A program made the position numbers and the translations under genes. Positions 24,737-32,000 of a DNA stretch of 32,000 bases are shown here, in pieces; positions within the stretch are counted from its first letter, which is position 1; each line of letters begins with the position of its first letter. Under the pieces are notes generated by a model. That model saw only the letters and a program-made list of their open reading frames with translations. It was not told the origin of the DNA and did no database searches. Source of the DNA: Dubosiella newyorkensis (lineage in GTDB: Bacteria > Bacillota_I > Bacilli_A > Erysipelotrichales > Erysipelotrichaceae); the NCBI RefSeq assembly GCF_001945605.1, contig NZ_MPKA01000059.1, positions 13,906 to 45,905 of the forward strand. Direction: 5' to 3'.

Positions 24737-26832
24737 TGGATCTTCTTTATAAAAATCAAAAATATCTCAACGTTCTCCTTGGTGATATTGGGATTCTCTT
24801 CATAACTCTATTTGTTCATCGTTTTTTAGAGAATTCACAATTGATTCTTTATATTGGGCCAGTTTTGATTTTAGTTAATACACTTCAATTATGGTTTTCG
24901 AAAGAATTAAAAAAAAGTTTGGACTTTATTATTCGATATCGATATCCGATAGCTTTGTTCGTATTTTTAGTTCTCGTTTTTTTTAGAGTCAATGGCTCTT
25001 CTATTGGAGTTTTTGATACGATATATGGCAAAGAAGAAAATATAATCACTGAACTATTTGGAAAGGCTAGACCAATACGAAGTGACGAATTTGTGGTTCA
25101 GGTTCCTTATTTCTTTTCCCAATATTTCAATTCATTTGGATTGAATTCTCATATGATGTCGCTTTCAGGTCAAAATATGATCATAGGCTACAATAGCCCT
25201 GTACTGGACTTAACTTTGATTGGTAAGCCAGATATATGGGGATATATGTTATTTGGAAATGAAATAGGACTCTCGTGGTATTGGAATTTTCGGATCATTG
25301 CTTTTCTTCTCATTGGCTATGAGATGTTCGTCATTTTAACGAAGAATAAATACTTATCTCTTTTTGCTTCAATTTGTTTAGTTTTTAGTCCAGCGCTTCA
25401 ATGGTGGTTCGCGCCCCATATGTATCAAGTGTTTTTTTGGGCTTCTACACTTTTTGTAGTTGGTTACTACTTTTTCATTGCGCATCAAAAATGGAAAAAG
25501 GTTTTATTTACAATTTTATCCATAAGCGCTCTTGTAGGTTTTGTTGTTTCAATATTCCCTTCTTTGCAAGTTCCGCTTGGATTGCTCATGCTGATTTTAA
25601 TGGTTTGCTGTTTGATTCGAGATCGTCAAGAATTGAAATGGGAAAAAACCGATTTCTTGAGACTGCTTTTTGTTATAGTGATCGTTGGAATCGTTTTGGG
25701 AGTATTTTTAGTTGAATCGAAAGATGCTATTAAACTATTAAATGATACAGTTTACCCAGGAAAACGAATCAGCACGGGTGGCGATTATCCTTTCGCTAAT
25801 CTGTTTACAGATCCCGCTATGATGTTGACTCCATTTCAAGCCCCGAAAGCATTAAATGAATGTGAGATTAGCTGTTTCAATCATTTTGGAGTATTATTTA
25901 TACTTTATTATCCTTACCTTTACTATGTGGTGAAGAAAAAAGGAGGAAGTACAATTGTTGGAAATGCGTTATTTATTATCTTGCTCATAGAGATTTTCTT
26001 TATGATTATTGGCTTTCCAACCTGGTTGGCAAAAATCACATTGTTTTCTTATATGAATCGAATGGTACTCGTTTATGGATTTACGGCTTTTCTCTTTACA
26101 TTTTGGTCAATTCAAAAAGTATGGGAATATAGAAAGAATCTAAGAAAGTCGATCGCATTTGCTACAGGCTGTATTTATATTATTATATATTTGCTTGCTT
26201 ATCGAAATTATGGGTCATCGTTCTATTCAGGACATATCAGCAGTTTGATATATTTTGTTATTCCTTTTATCTTAGGAGGTTTTTCTATTTTATTATTCAC
26301 AAAATGGAGAAAATTGTTTTTCCCTGTCTTTGGGAGCTGGGTAATCTTGACAGGGATGTTTGTGAATCCAATTGTAATCGGAGCGGAATCGATTACAAAT
26401 CACACTCTTGTTTCGGAGGCTGTTAAAATCAATCTTGAGAATCCCAAAGAAAATTGGCTGTGCTTAAACTCTCTACATACTCAAAATCTTTTGATGGCGA
26501 ATGGAATTCCAGTTTTAAATGCAGTGAATTTTTATCCAGATGAGATGAAATGGAATTTGATTGATCCGGAACATGAGCAAGAGGATTTTTACAACCGCTA
26601 TTTGCATATGTTAATTGAGCTAACTTCAGATCCAACATCTTTTTCTTTAATAAGTAAAGATGCTTGTCAAATTCATTTAAATATAGAGGATTTAAAGAAA
26701 TGGGATATTCATTACTTAACAACAAATATAGGATCTGAAACAAAAACGGTATTACAGAATTATGGAATTCAGTATTCTGTTCTGTATACAGATCAAGCAT
26801 CCAATGAAGAAATTATAAAACTTGACTATTGA
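24736..26832 (+). CDS. Large polytopic membrane protein, probable GT-C-type extracytoplasmic glycosyltransferase
   Basis: ATG 24736 shares a base with the rfbC TAA (TAATG), with GGAGAG 8 nt upstream. It has about 14 TM segments, an acidic first external loop (ARPIRSDEFVVQVPYF) and a ~130-aa C-terminal soluble domain. It lies adjacent to GtrB/GtrA-like genes. Confidence 0.7.
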   Translation: MDLLYKNQKYLNVLLGDIGILFITLFVHRFLENSQLILYIGPVLILVNTLQLWFSKELKKSLDFIIRYRYPIALFVFLVLVFFRVNGSSIGVFDTIYGKEENIITELFGKARPIRSDEFVVQVPYFFSQYFNSFGLNSHMMSLSGQNMIIGYNSPVLDLTLIGKPDIWGYMLFGNEIGLSWYWNFRIIAFLLIGYEMFVILTKNKYLSLFASICLVFSPALQWWFAPHMYQVFFWASTLFVVGYYFFIAHQKWKKVLFTILSISALVGFVVSIFPSLQVPLGLLMLILMVCCLIRDRQELKWEKTDFLRLLFVIVIVGIVLGVFLVESKDAIKLLNDTVYPGKRISTGGDYPFANLFTDPAMMLTPFQAPKALNECEISCFNHFGVLFILYYPYLYYVVKKKGGSTIVGNALFIILLIEIFFMIIGFPTWLAKITLFSYMNRMVLVYGFTAFLFTFWSIQKVWEYRKNLRKSIAFATGCIYIIIYLLAYRNYGSSFYSGHISSLIYFVIPFILGGFSILLFTKWRKLFFPVFGSWVILTGMFVNPIVIGAESITNHTLVSEAVKINLENPKENWLCLNSLHTQNLLMANGIPVLNAVNFYPDEMKWNLIDPEHEQEDFYNRYLHMLIELTSDPTSFSLISKDACQIHLNIEDLKKWDIHYLTTNIGSETKTVLQNYGIQYSVLYTDQASNEEIIKLDY

Positions 26833-26845
26833 ACAGGAGGAATAT

Positions 26846-27766
26846 ATGAATCAAGATAAGAAGATCGCGGTGCTGCTTCCTTGTTATAACGAAGCGCTAA
26901 CTGTAGAAAAAGTAATCAAAGATTATAAAGAAGCCTTTCCAACCGCCGATATTTATGTTTATGACAACAATTCTACCGATGGAACAGGAGAAATTGCTAA
27001 AAAAGCAGGAGCGATCGTGAAAAGAGAATACGCACAAGGAAAAGGAAATGTGATTCGCGCGATGTTCAAAGATATCGATGCCGATTGTTATATTATGGCA
27101 GATGGAGATGATACGAATCCTCCAGTTCCTGAAATGGCCGACATGATTTTGCGAGGAGAAGCAGAAATGGTCATTGGTGATCGTCTTTCGAGCACATATT
27201 TTACAGAAAACAAAAGGCCTTTCCACAATACAGGAAATCGAATGGTTCGTGGTTTGATCAATACACTGTTCGATGTAAATGTTACAGATATTATGACTGG
27301 CAGCCGTGCTTTTAGTTATACATTTGTTAAAACTTTTCCAGTACTTTCCAAAGGATTTGAGATCGAAACGGAAATGACGATCCATGCCGCAGCACACAAT
27401 TTGAGAATGGTCGAAGTGCCTACCAATTATCGAGATCGTCCTGAGGGAAGCGAATCAAAGCTCAATACATATTCAGATGGAGCGAAAGTGCTTGGAACAA
27501 TCGCAAGATTATTTAAAGAATATAAGCCAATGGCATTTTTTGGACTGTTTGCCTTGATCTTTTTGATCATTTCGATTTGTTTGTTCGTACCTGTCTTTAA
27601 TGAGTATTTTGCGACGGGATTAGTTCCTAGATTTCCGACATTGATCGTAGCAGGTTTTTTGTTGATCATCGGTTTGCTGTTGTTTATGTGCGGATTGATT
27701 CTGGAAGTCATTGTAAAGAAGAACAGACAGATTTTTGAATTGTTTTATATAAGGACAAAACGATGA
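26846..27766 (+). CDS. GtrB/CsbB-like GT2 polyprenyl-phosphate glycosyltransferase
   Basis: ATG 26846 after AGGAGG (26835-26840). It has IAVLLPCYNEALTVEKVI, YVYDNNSTDGT, MADGDDT and two C-terminal TM helices, the typical GtrB topology. Confidence 0.88.
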   Translation: MNQDKKIAVLLPCYNEALTVEKVIKDYKEAFPTADIYVYDNNSTDGTGEIAKKAGAIVKREYAQGKGNVIRAMFKDIDADCYIMADGDDTNPPVPEMADMILRGEAEMVIGDRLSSTYFTENKRPFHNTGNRMVRGLINTLFDVNVTDIMTGSRAFSYTFVKTFPVLSKGFEIETEMTIHAAAHNLRMVEVPTNYRDRPEGSESKLNTYSDGAKVLGTIARLFKEYKPMAFFGLFALIFLIISICLFVPVFNEYFATGLVPRFPTLIVAGFLLIIGLLLFMCGLILEVIVKKNRQIFELFYIRTKR

Positions 27767-28146
27767 AGAAACTGATTGAACAAATTTTAAAGTTCGGATT
27801 TGTTGGGATACTCGCTTTCTTTATTGATTACGGATTAATGATCTTTTGTACAGAAGTATTAGGTATTTATTACTTATGGTCATCTTTGATTTCCTTCACT
27901 GTATCCGTGGTCTTCAATTACATAATGAGTGTAAAGTGGGTATTTAATGTCGATAATGGAAAAACACAAACACAAAATTTAGTTTTCTTTATTACGTTTA
28001 GCGTCATTGGACTTGGACTCAATCAACTGCTTATGTGGTTGGGTGTAGATAAAATTGGAATTAATTATATGATCGTGAAACTGTTTGCGACCGGAGTGGT
28101 CATGGTATTCAACTATATCACCCGCAAATGGTATTTTGAAAAATAG
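27763..28146 (+). CDS. GtrA family membrane protein (putative polyprenyl-P-sugar flippase)
   Basis: ATGA overlap at 27763-27766. The protein is 127 aa with 4 TM segments, an N-terminus FGFVGILAFFIDYGLMIF and a C-terminus NYITRKWYF, all typical of GtrA-like proteins. Confidence 0.88.
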   Translation: MKKLIEQILKFGFVGILAFFIDYGLMIFCTEVLGIYYLWSSLISFTVSVVFNYIMSVKWVFNVDNGKTQTQNLVFFITFSVIGLGLNQLLMWLGVDKIGINYMIVKLFATGVVMVFNYITRKWYFEK

Positions 28147-28157
28147 GAGGAATAACG

Positions 28158-29192
28158 ATGAAAATTTTAGTTACAGGTGGAGCTGGATTTATTGGTGGTA
28201 ACTTTGTTCATTATATGGTCAATAAATATCCAGAAGATATGATCATCAATGTGGATAACTTAACGTATGCAGGAAATTTGGAAACTTGTAAGCCTGTAGA
28301 AGATAAGCCAAACTATAAGTTTTATAAAGGCGATATCGCGGATCATGATTTTATATTTGATCTTTTTGAAAAAGAACGTCCAGATATTGTAGTAAACTTT
28401 GCGGCTGAATCGCATGTCGATCGTTCGATTGAAGATCCAGAAATCTTTGTTCGTACGAATGTGATGGGAACAACTACTCTACTAGATGCTAGCGTAAAGT
28501 ATGGAGTAAAACGTTTTCACCAAGTTTCCACTGATGAAGTATACGGGGATCTTCCGCTTGATCGTCCTGATTTATTTTTTACAGAAGAAACACCACTTCA
28601 TACAAGTTCACCATACTCTTCCGCAAAAGCGGCTGCGGATCTTTTCGTATTAGCTTACAACAGAACGTATGGACTTCCTGTGACGATTTCTCGCTGCTCG
28701 AACAACTATGGTCCATATCACTTCCCAGAAAAGCTGATTCCTTTGATCATTTCGCGTGCGCTGAACGATGAGAAGATTCCGGTTTATGGGGATGGAGCGA
28801 ATGTACGAGATTGGCTGCATGTTTATGATCATTGCGTGGCGATCGATATGATCATCCGAAATGGTCGGGTTGGAGAAGTGTATAACGTTGGCGGTCACAA
28901 CGAAAGAACGAATTTACAAGTCGTTAAAACGGTCTTGAAGGCACTTGGAAAATCAGAAGATTTGATTACGTTTGTAGAAGATCGCAAAGGACACGATATG
29001 CGATATGCGATTGATCCAACAAAATTGGAAACAGAACTTGGATGGAAGCCAAAATATACATTTGATACAGGAATTCCTCAAACGATCCAATGGTATCTCG
29101 ATAATAAAGAATGGTGGGAAAACATCATTTCTGGTGAATACCAAAACTATTTCCAAAAAATGTATGTGGATAAAGGAAGAGTTGAAGAATAA
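28158..29192 (+). CDS. rfbB: dTDP-glucose 4,6-dehydratase (RmlB)
   Basis: MKILVTGGAGFIGGNF, FAAESHVDRSI, STDEVYGD, YSSAKAAADL and RCSNNYGPYHFPEKLIP. Confidence 0.97.
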   Translation: MKILVTGGAGFIGGNFVHYMVNKYPEDMIINVDNLTYAGNLETCKPVEDKPNYKFYKGDIADHDFIFDLFEKERPDIVVNFAAESHVDRSIEDPEIFVRTNVMGTTTLLDASVKYGVKRFHQVSTDEVYGDLPLDRPDLFFTEETPLHTSSPYSSAKAAADLFVLAYNRTYGLPVTISRCSNNYGPYHFPEKLIPLIISRALNDEKIPVYGDGANVRDWLHVYDHCVAIDMIIRNGRVGEVYNVGGHNERTNLQVVKTVLKALGKSEDLITFVEDRKGHDMRYAIDPTKLETELGWKPKYTFDTGIPQTIQWYLDNKEWWENIISGEYQNYFQKMYVDKGRVEE

Positions 29193-30043
29193 TGAAAATT
29201 TTAGTTACAGGTGTTAAAGGACAACTTGGTTATGATGTTGTGAACGAAGCTACCAAACGGGGAATTGAAGCGGTTGGTGTCGATATTGACGAAATGGATA
29301 TTACGAATCAAGAGCAAGTTGAAAAAGTCATTAAAGAAGGTAATTATGATGCGGTCGTTCATTGTGCGGCTTGGACTGCAGTAGATAAGGCCGAAGAACC
29401 TGAACTTCTTGATAAAGTTCGCGCAGTCAATGCGACAGGGACCAAATATATCAATGATGTTTGTAAAGAATTGAATATTCCTATCATGTATTTTTCGACG
29501 GATTATGTTTTCAATGGTGAAGGAGAAACGCCTTGGAATGAATATGATGAATTTGAACCGTTGAACGTATATGGAATTACGAAAGGCGAAGGAGAAAAAT
29601 TCGTTCTTGAAAACCCGAAACATTTTATTATTCGAATTGCTTGGGTTTTTGGAAAGAATGGAAACAACTTTATCAAAACGATGCTTCGTCTAGGAAAAGA
29701 AAGAGGAGCTGTTTCGGTCGTAAACGATCAAATCGGACTTCCAACATATACCTATGATTTAGCGAGACTTGTCGTGGATATGATTCAAACCGAAGAGTAT
29801 GGAACGTATCATGCGACAAACTCAGGAGACTTTATTTCATGGTATGACTTTGCGAAAGAAATTTTCAAACAAGCCAATATGGATGTAGAAGTAACTCCAG
29901 TAGATTCTTCTCAATTTCCAGCGAAAGCAAAACGTCCCCATAATTCGCGAATGAATCAAACTGAATTGGATAAACATGGATTTGAACGTCTTCCCGATTG
30001 GAAAGATGCTTTGGCGAGATACTTAGTTATTTTGGCTGATTAA
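29192..30043 (+). CDS. rfbD: dTDP-4-dehydrorhamnose reductase (RmlD)
   Basis: TAATG overlap with rfbB. It has MKILVTGVKGQLGYD, HCAAWTAVDKAE, STDYVFNG, YGITKGEGE and RIAWVFG. Confidence 0.95.
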   Translation: MKILVTGVKGQLGYDVVNEATKRGIEAVGVDIDEMDITNQEQVEKVIKEGNYDAVVHCAAWTAVDKAEEPELLDKVRAVNATGTKYINDVCKELNIPIMYFSTDYVFNGEGETPWNEYDEFEPLNVYGITKGEGEKFVLENPKHFIIRIAWVFGKNGNNFIKTMLRLGKERGAVSVVNDQIGLPTYTYDLARLVVDMIQTEEYGTYHATNSGDFISWYDFAKEIFKQANMDVEVTPVDSSQFPAKAKRPHNSRMNQTELDKHGFERLPDWKDALARYLVILAD

Positions 30044-30049
30044 ACTCTT

Positions 30050-30085
30050 AAAATAGTCGTATAATATATTATATGACTATTTTAA
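30050..30085 (+). terminator. AT-rich hairpin, probable terminator of the rml operon
   Basis: AAAATAGTC (30050-30058) pairs with GACTATTTT (30075-30083), enclosing the palindromic TATAATA/TATTATA. The T-run is part of the 3' arm. Confidence 0.6.
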
Positions 30086-30104
30086 TTGGAAAGGGTTAGA
30101 AGTA

Positions 30105-31760
30105 ATGATGAGTAAAAAACAAATCAGGCTTTGGTTATGGAGTGCTTCTATATTAGCGGTTTTCAATATCTTGACAAAAATAAATGATCAATCACTAACG
30201 GGTATAGTAGTTCAACTATTATTAAAAACAGGTATTAATTTAATAATAATATTTATATTGATTCTTTTATATAATATTTTCTATAAAAAGTATTTTCGAA
30301 AATTTAAATCAAAAAGAATAACAAAATCAACATATTCTTCAAGTAGAATAATGCTTATATTTTTTCTTCTTTTAGTTTTATTTTGGATACCAGCTTTTTT
30401 AGCATTGTTTCCTGGAACATTTGGTGCTGATGCACCAATTCAATTAGCTATGTATGATGGTATTTATCCTTTATCTGATCATCAACCAATTTTACATACT
30501 TTTTTAATTGGAGGTTTAATTCATTTAGGGGATGTTCTTTTTAAAAACTCAAATATAGGATTAGCAATATATACTTTTGTATTTCAAATCTGTTTTTGTG
30601 CCTATTCTATTTCATATTCGTTGAGCTATCTTTATAAAAGACAAGTGTCATTGAAGCTGCTATTGTTATTAATTATATTTATGGGAGTTAATCCAATAGT
30701 TCAATCTCTTATATGCTATGTTACAAAAGATATTATGTTTGCCGCGACATTTCTTTTGTTTATTGTAAATTGTTGTGAATATCTATTTCCCTCTGATAGA
30801 TTAAGAAGGAATAAAAGATTTTTAAAAATAACTCTTATTAAAATAGGGTTATTTGGCTTCTTATCTATTCAATTAAGAAGTCAAGGTATTTATATATTTA
30901 TTGTTGCATTATTAATATTGTTGATTTGTTGGTGCAGATTATTTAAAGAAAACGCTCTATATAAAGAATTTATTTTTATGCAAATTTTTGTTATAGGGAT
31001 ATCTATGTTAATTACTATGATTACTCCTTATTTTTTAAACAGTGGGTATAGAGATAGTCGAGAAGCATTATCTGTTCCTATCCAACAAATTGCTACTATT
31101 TTAAAAAAAGATCTAGAAAGAGATAATAAGTTATTGAGTTCTAATATATATGATCAAGCAATTTCTTATTTTGAAAATTTTGACAAAGATCGTATTGATC
31201 AATATTCGGCTGATTATCCCAAAAGCATGTTTTTAACTGATAAAGTTAAAGAAAATCCAATTGGATTTTTAAAATTATATATTTATTTGGTTTTTTCTGA
31301 TTTGCCAACATCCGTTAATAGTTATTTAGATTTGATTACACCATATTTTGATTTTAGATTAAGTCCTTACAATGGTCTAGCCATCAATACTAGTTTTGAA
31401 GACTTAAATCCCAACAGAAATATAAAAACATATTCACTATTTCCTGGTTATTATCAGTATTTGAAAGATGTATTATATGATTCATCTAGTTTAAATTGTC
31501 CTTTTTGGATTAGAATATTTGATCCAGCAATAGTTCTGTATTTAATAATATTTATGTTGATTTATAGTTTGATATATAAAAGAACATTTTCCTTATTCGT
31601 TTTGCTTTACCCAATATTATATATAGGAACAATGTTTTTAGGACCTGTTTCACTTCTTCGATATTCATTTGTATATTCTTTAGAAGGACCTTTTTTGCTA
31701 GGTGTTATGATTTACAGTATAAATAATCAACGTTTTAAAAATAGATTACCTATAAAATAA
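30105..31760 (+). CDS. Polytopic membrane protein, possible GT-C-type glycosyltransferase (DUF6020-like by recollection)
   Basis: ATG at 30105 or 30108. It has about 11-13 TM segments and a first external loop FPGTFGADAPIQLAMY (Asp...Gln pattern seen in GT-C-like families). It is very AT-rich. Function is inferred only. Confidence 0.65.
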   Translation: MMSKKQIRLWLWSASILAVFNILTKINDQSLTGIVVQLLLKTGINLIIIFILILLYNIFYKKYFRKFKSKRITKSTYSSSRIMLIFFLLLVLFWIPAFLALFPGTFGADAPIQLAMYDGIYPLSDHQPILHTFLIGGLIHLGDVLFKNSNIGLAIYTFVFQICFCAYSISYSLSYLYKRQVSLKLLLLLIIFMGVNPIVQSLICYVTKDIMFAATFLLFIVNCCEYLFPSDRLRRNKRFLKITLIKIGLFGFLSIQLRSQGIYIFIVALLILLICWCRLFKENALYKEFIFMQIFVIGISMLITMITPYFLNSGYRDSREALSVPIQQIATILKKDLERDNKLLSSNIYDQAISYFENFDKDRIDQYSADYPKSMFLTDKVKENPIGFLKLYIYLVFSDLPTSVNSYLDLITPYFDFRLSPYNGLAINTSFEDLNPNRNIKTYSLFPGYYQYLKDVLYDSSSLNCPFWIRIFDPAIVLYLIIFMLIYSLIYKRTFSLFVLLYPILYIGTMFLGPVSLLRYSFVYSLEGPFLLGVMIYSINNQRFKNRLPIK

Positions 31761-31941
31761 TTATATAACAAATAATTAGCGTTTCTTTATCCTTCATGAA
31801 TCAAAATAAAGATTAAAAATTCAATTAACAAAATCTTTAAGATAAATCATTTATTACAATAGAATGATTAGTGGGCAGTGTCAATATTTTTGTGTAAATT
31901 GTTTTCTTAGTAATTAGTTCTGAGTTTGTTAAGGTGAATGA

Positions 31942-31983
31942 GCGAACACTAAGAAAAGTCATGCCTTTTCTTAGTGTTCGCTG
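31942..31983. other. Perfect 18-bp inverted repeat (hairpin) of unknown function at the window edge
   Basis: AGCGAACACTAAGAAAAG (31942-31959), loop TCATGC, then CTTTTCTTAGTGTTCGCT (31966-31983). There is no flanking T-run on either strand. Confidence 0.6.
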
Positions 31984-32000
31984 CTCGTCGGCTGACGGGA

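Noticed and set aside
6594-24916. A8/T8 homopolymers inside coding regions (A8 at 6594-6601, A8 at 16077-16084, T8 at 20888-20895, A8 at 24909-24916) as phase-variation switches.
   Set aside because: The tracts are short, encode ordinary Lys/Phe runs, and are expected by chance in AT-rich genes. All frames are intact here.
26897-27711. Antisense ORFs of 166 aa and 94 aa opposite the GtrB-like gene. The same applies to 28650..28898, 28953..29156 and 29201..29623 opposite rfbB/rfbD.
   Set aside because: They lie opposite strongly conserved enzymes, have Cys/Phe/Ile-rich nonsense-like composition, and have no SD or motif.
1-32000. CRISPR arrays, tRNA/rRNA genes, transposases or integrases, and toxin-antitoxin or known defence-system genes.
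   Set aside because: Reading both strands by eye revealed no spaced direct-repeat array, cloverleaf-like or rRNA-like segment, DDE, tyrosine or serine recombinase motif, or nuclease, ATPase or defence-type ORF. All long ORFs are accounted for by division, envelope-glycan, efflux or regulator functions.

Overview
This is a low-GC Gram-positive (Bacillota-type) chromosomal segment. Taxon is not assignable from sequence alone. It opens with the end of the dcw cluster (ftsA 3' end, ftsZ, one orphan small ORF) and runs directly into a large, split cell-wall polysaccharide (rhamnose-glycan type) locus. (i) 1.9-10.0 kb: LCP ligase, TagH/Wzt-like ABC ATPase, ABC-2 permease, an 847-aa enzyme with two GT2 domains, and a second LCP ligase. 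(ii) 10.1-12.9 kb: a convergent MATE efflux gene and a patch of three decayed genes (nonsense-interrupted DUF3737-like gene, frameshifted small Cys-rich gene, LysR stub). (iii) 13.1-23.2 kb: CapD/PglF-like membrane dehydratase, small monotopic phosphoglycosyl transferase, SDR, one GT-B and three GT2 glycosyltransferases linked by ATGA-type overlaps, an AT-rich polytopic membrane protein, and a MerR::SAM-methyltransferase fusion. (iv) 23.3-30.0 kb: a dTDP-L-rhamnose operon interrupted by an extracytoplasmic glycosylation module, in the order rfbA-rfbC-[GT-C-like membrane protein, GtrB-like, GtrA-like]-rfbB-rfbD. (v) 30.1-32.0 kb: another AT-rich polytopic membrane protein and a perfect 18-bp hairpin at the window edge. 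I recognise no rRNA, tRNA, CRISPR array, transposase or obvious defence or toxin system. The most notable observations are these. A textbook MerR-type promoter (TTGACC-19 bp-TAATAT, perfect dyad in the spacer) lies between the MerR::methyltransferase gene and rfbA. One small domain type occurs once at the exporter ATPase C-terminus and twice at the N-terminus of the dual-GT2 enzyme. A GtrA/GtrB/GT-C module sits inside the rml operon. Three adjacent genes are decayed at a probable locus junction. GATC is strongly over-represented and this signal collapses in the AT-rich membrane-protein genes. All functions are inferred from motifs read by eye, and no database search was possible.
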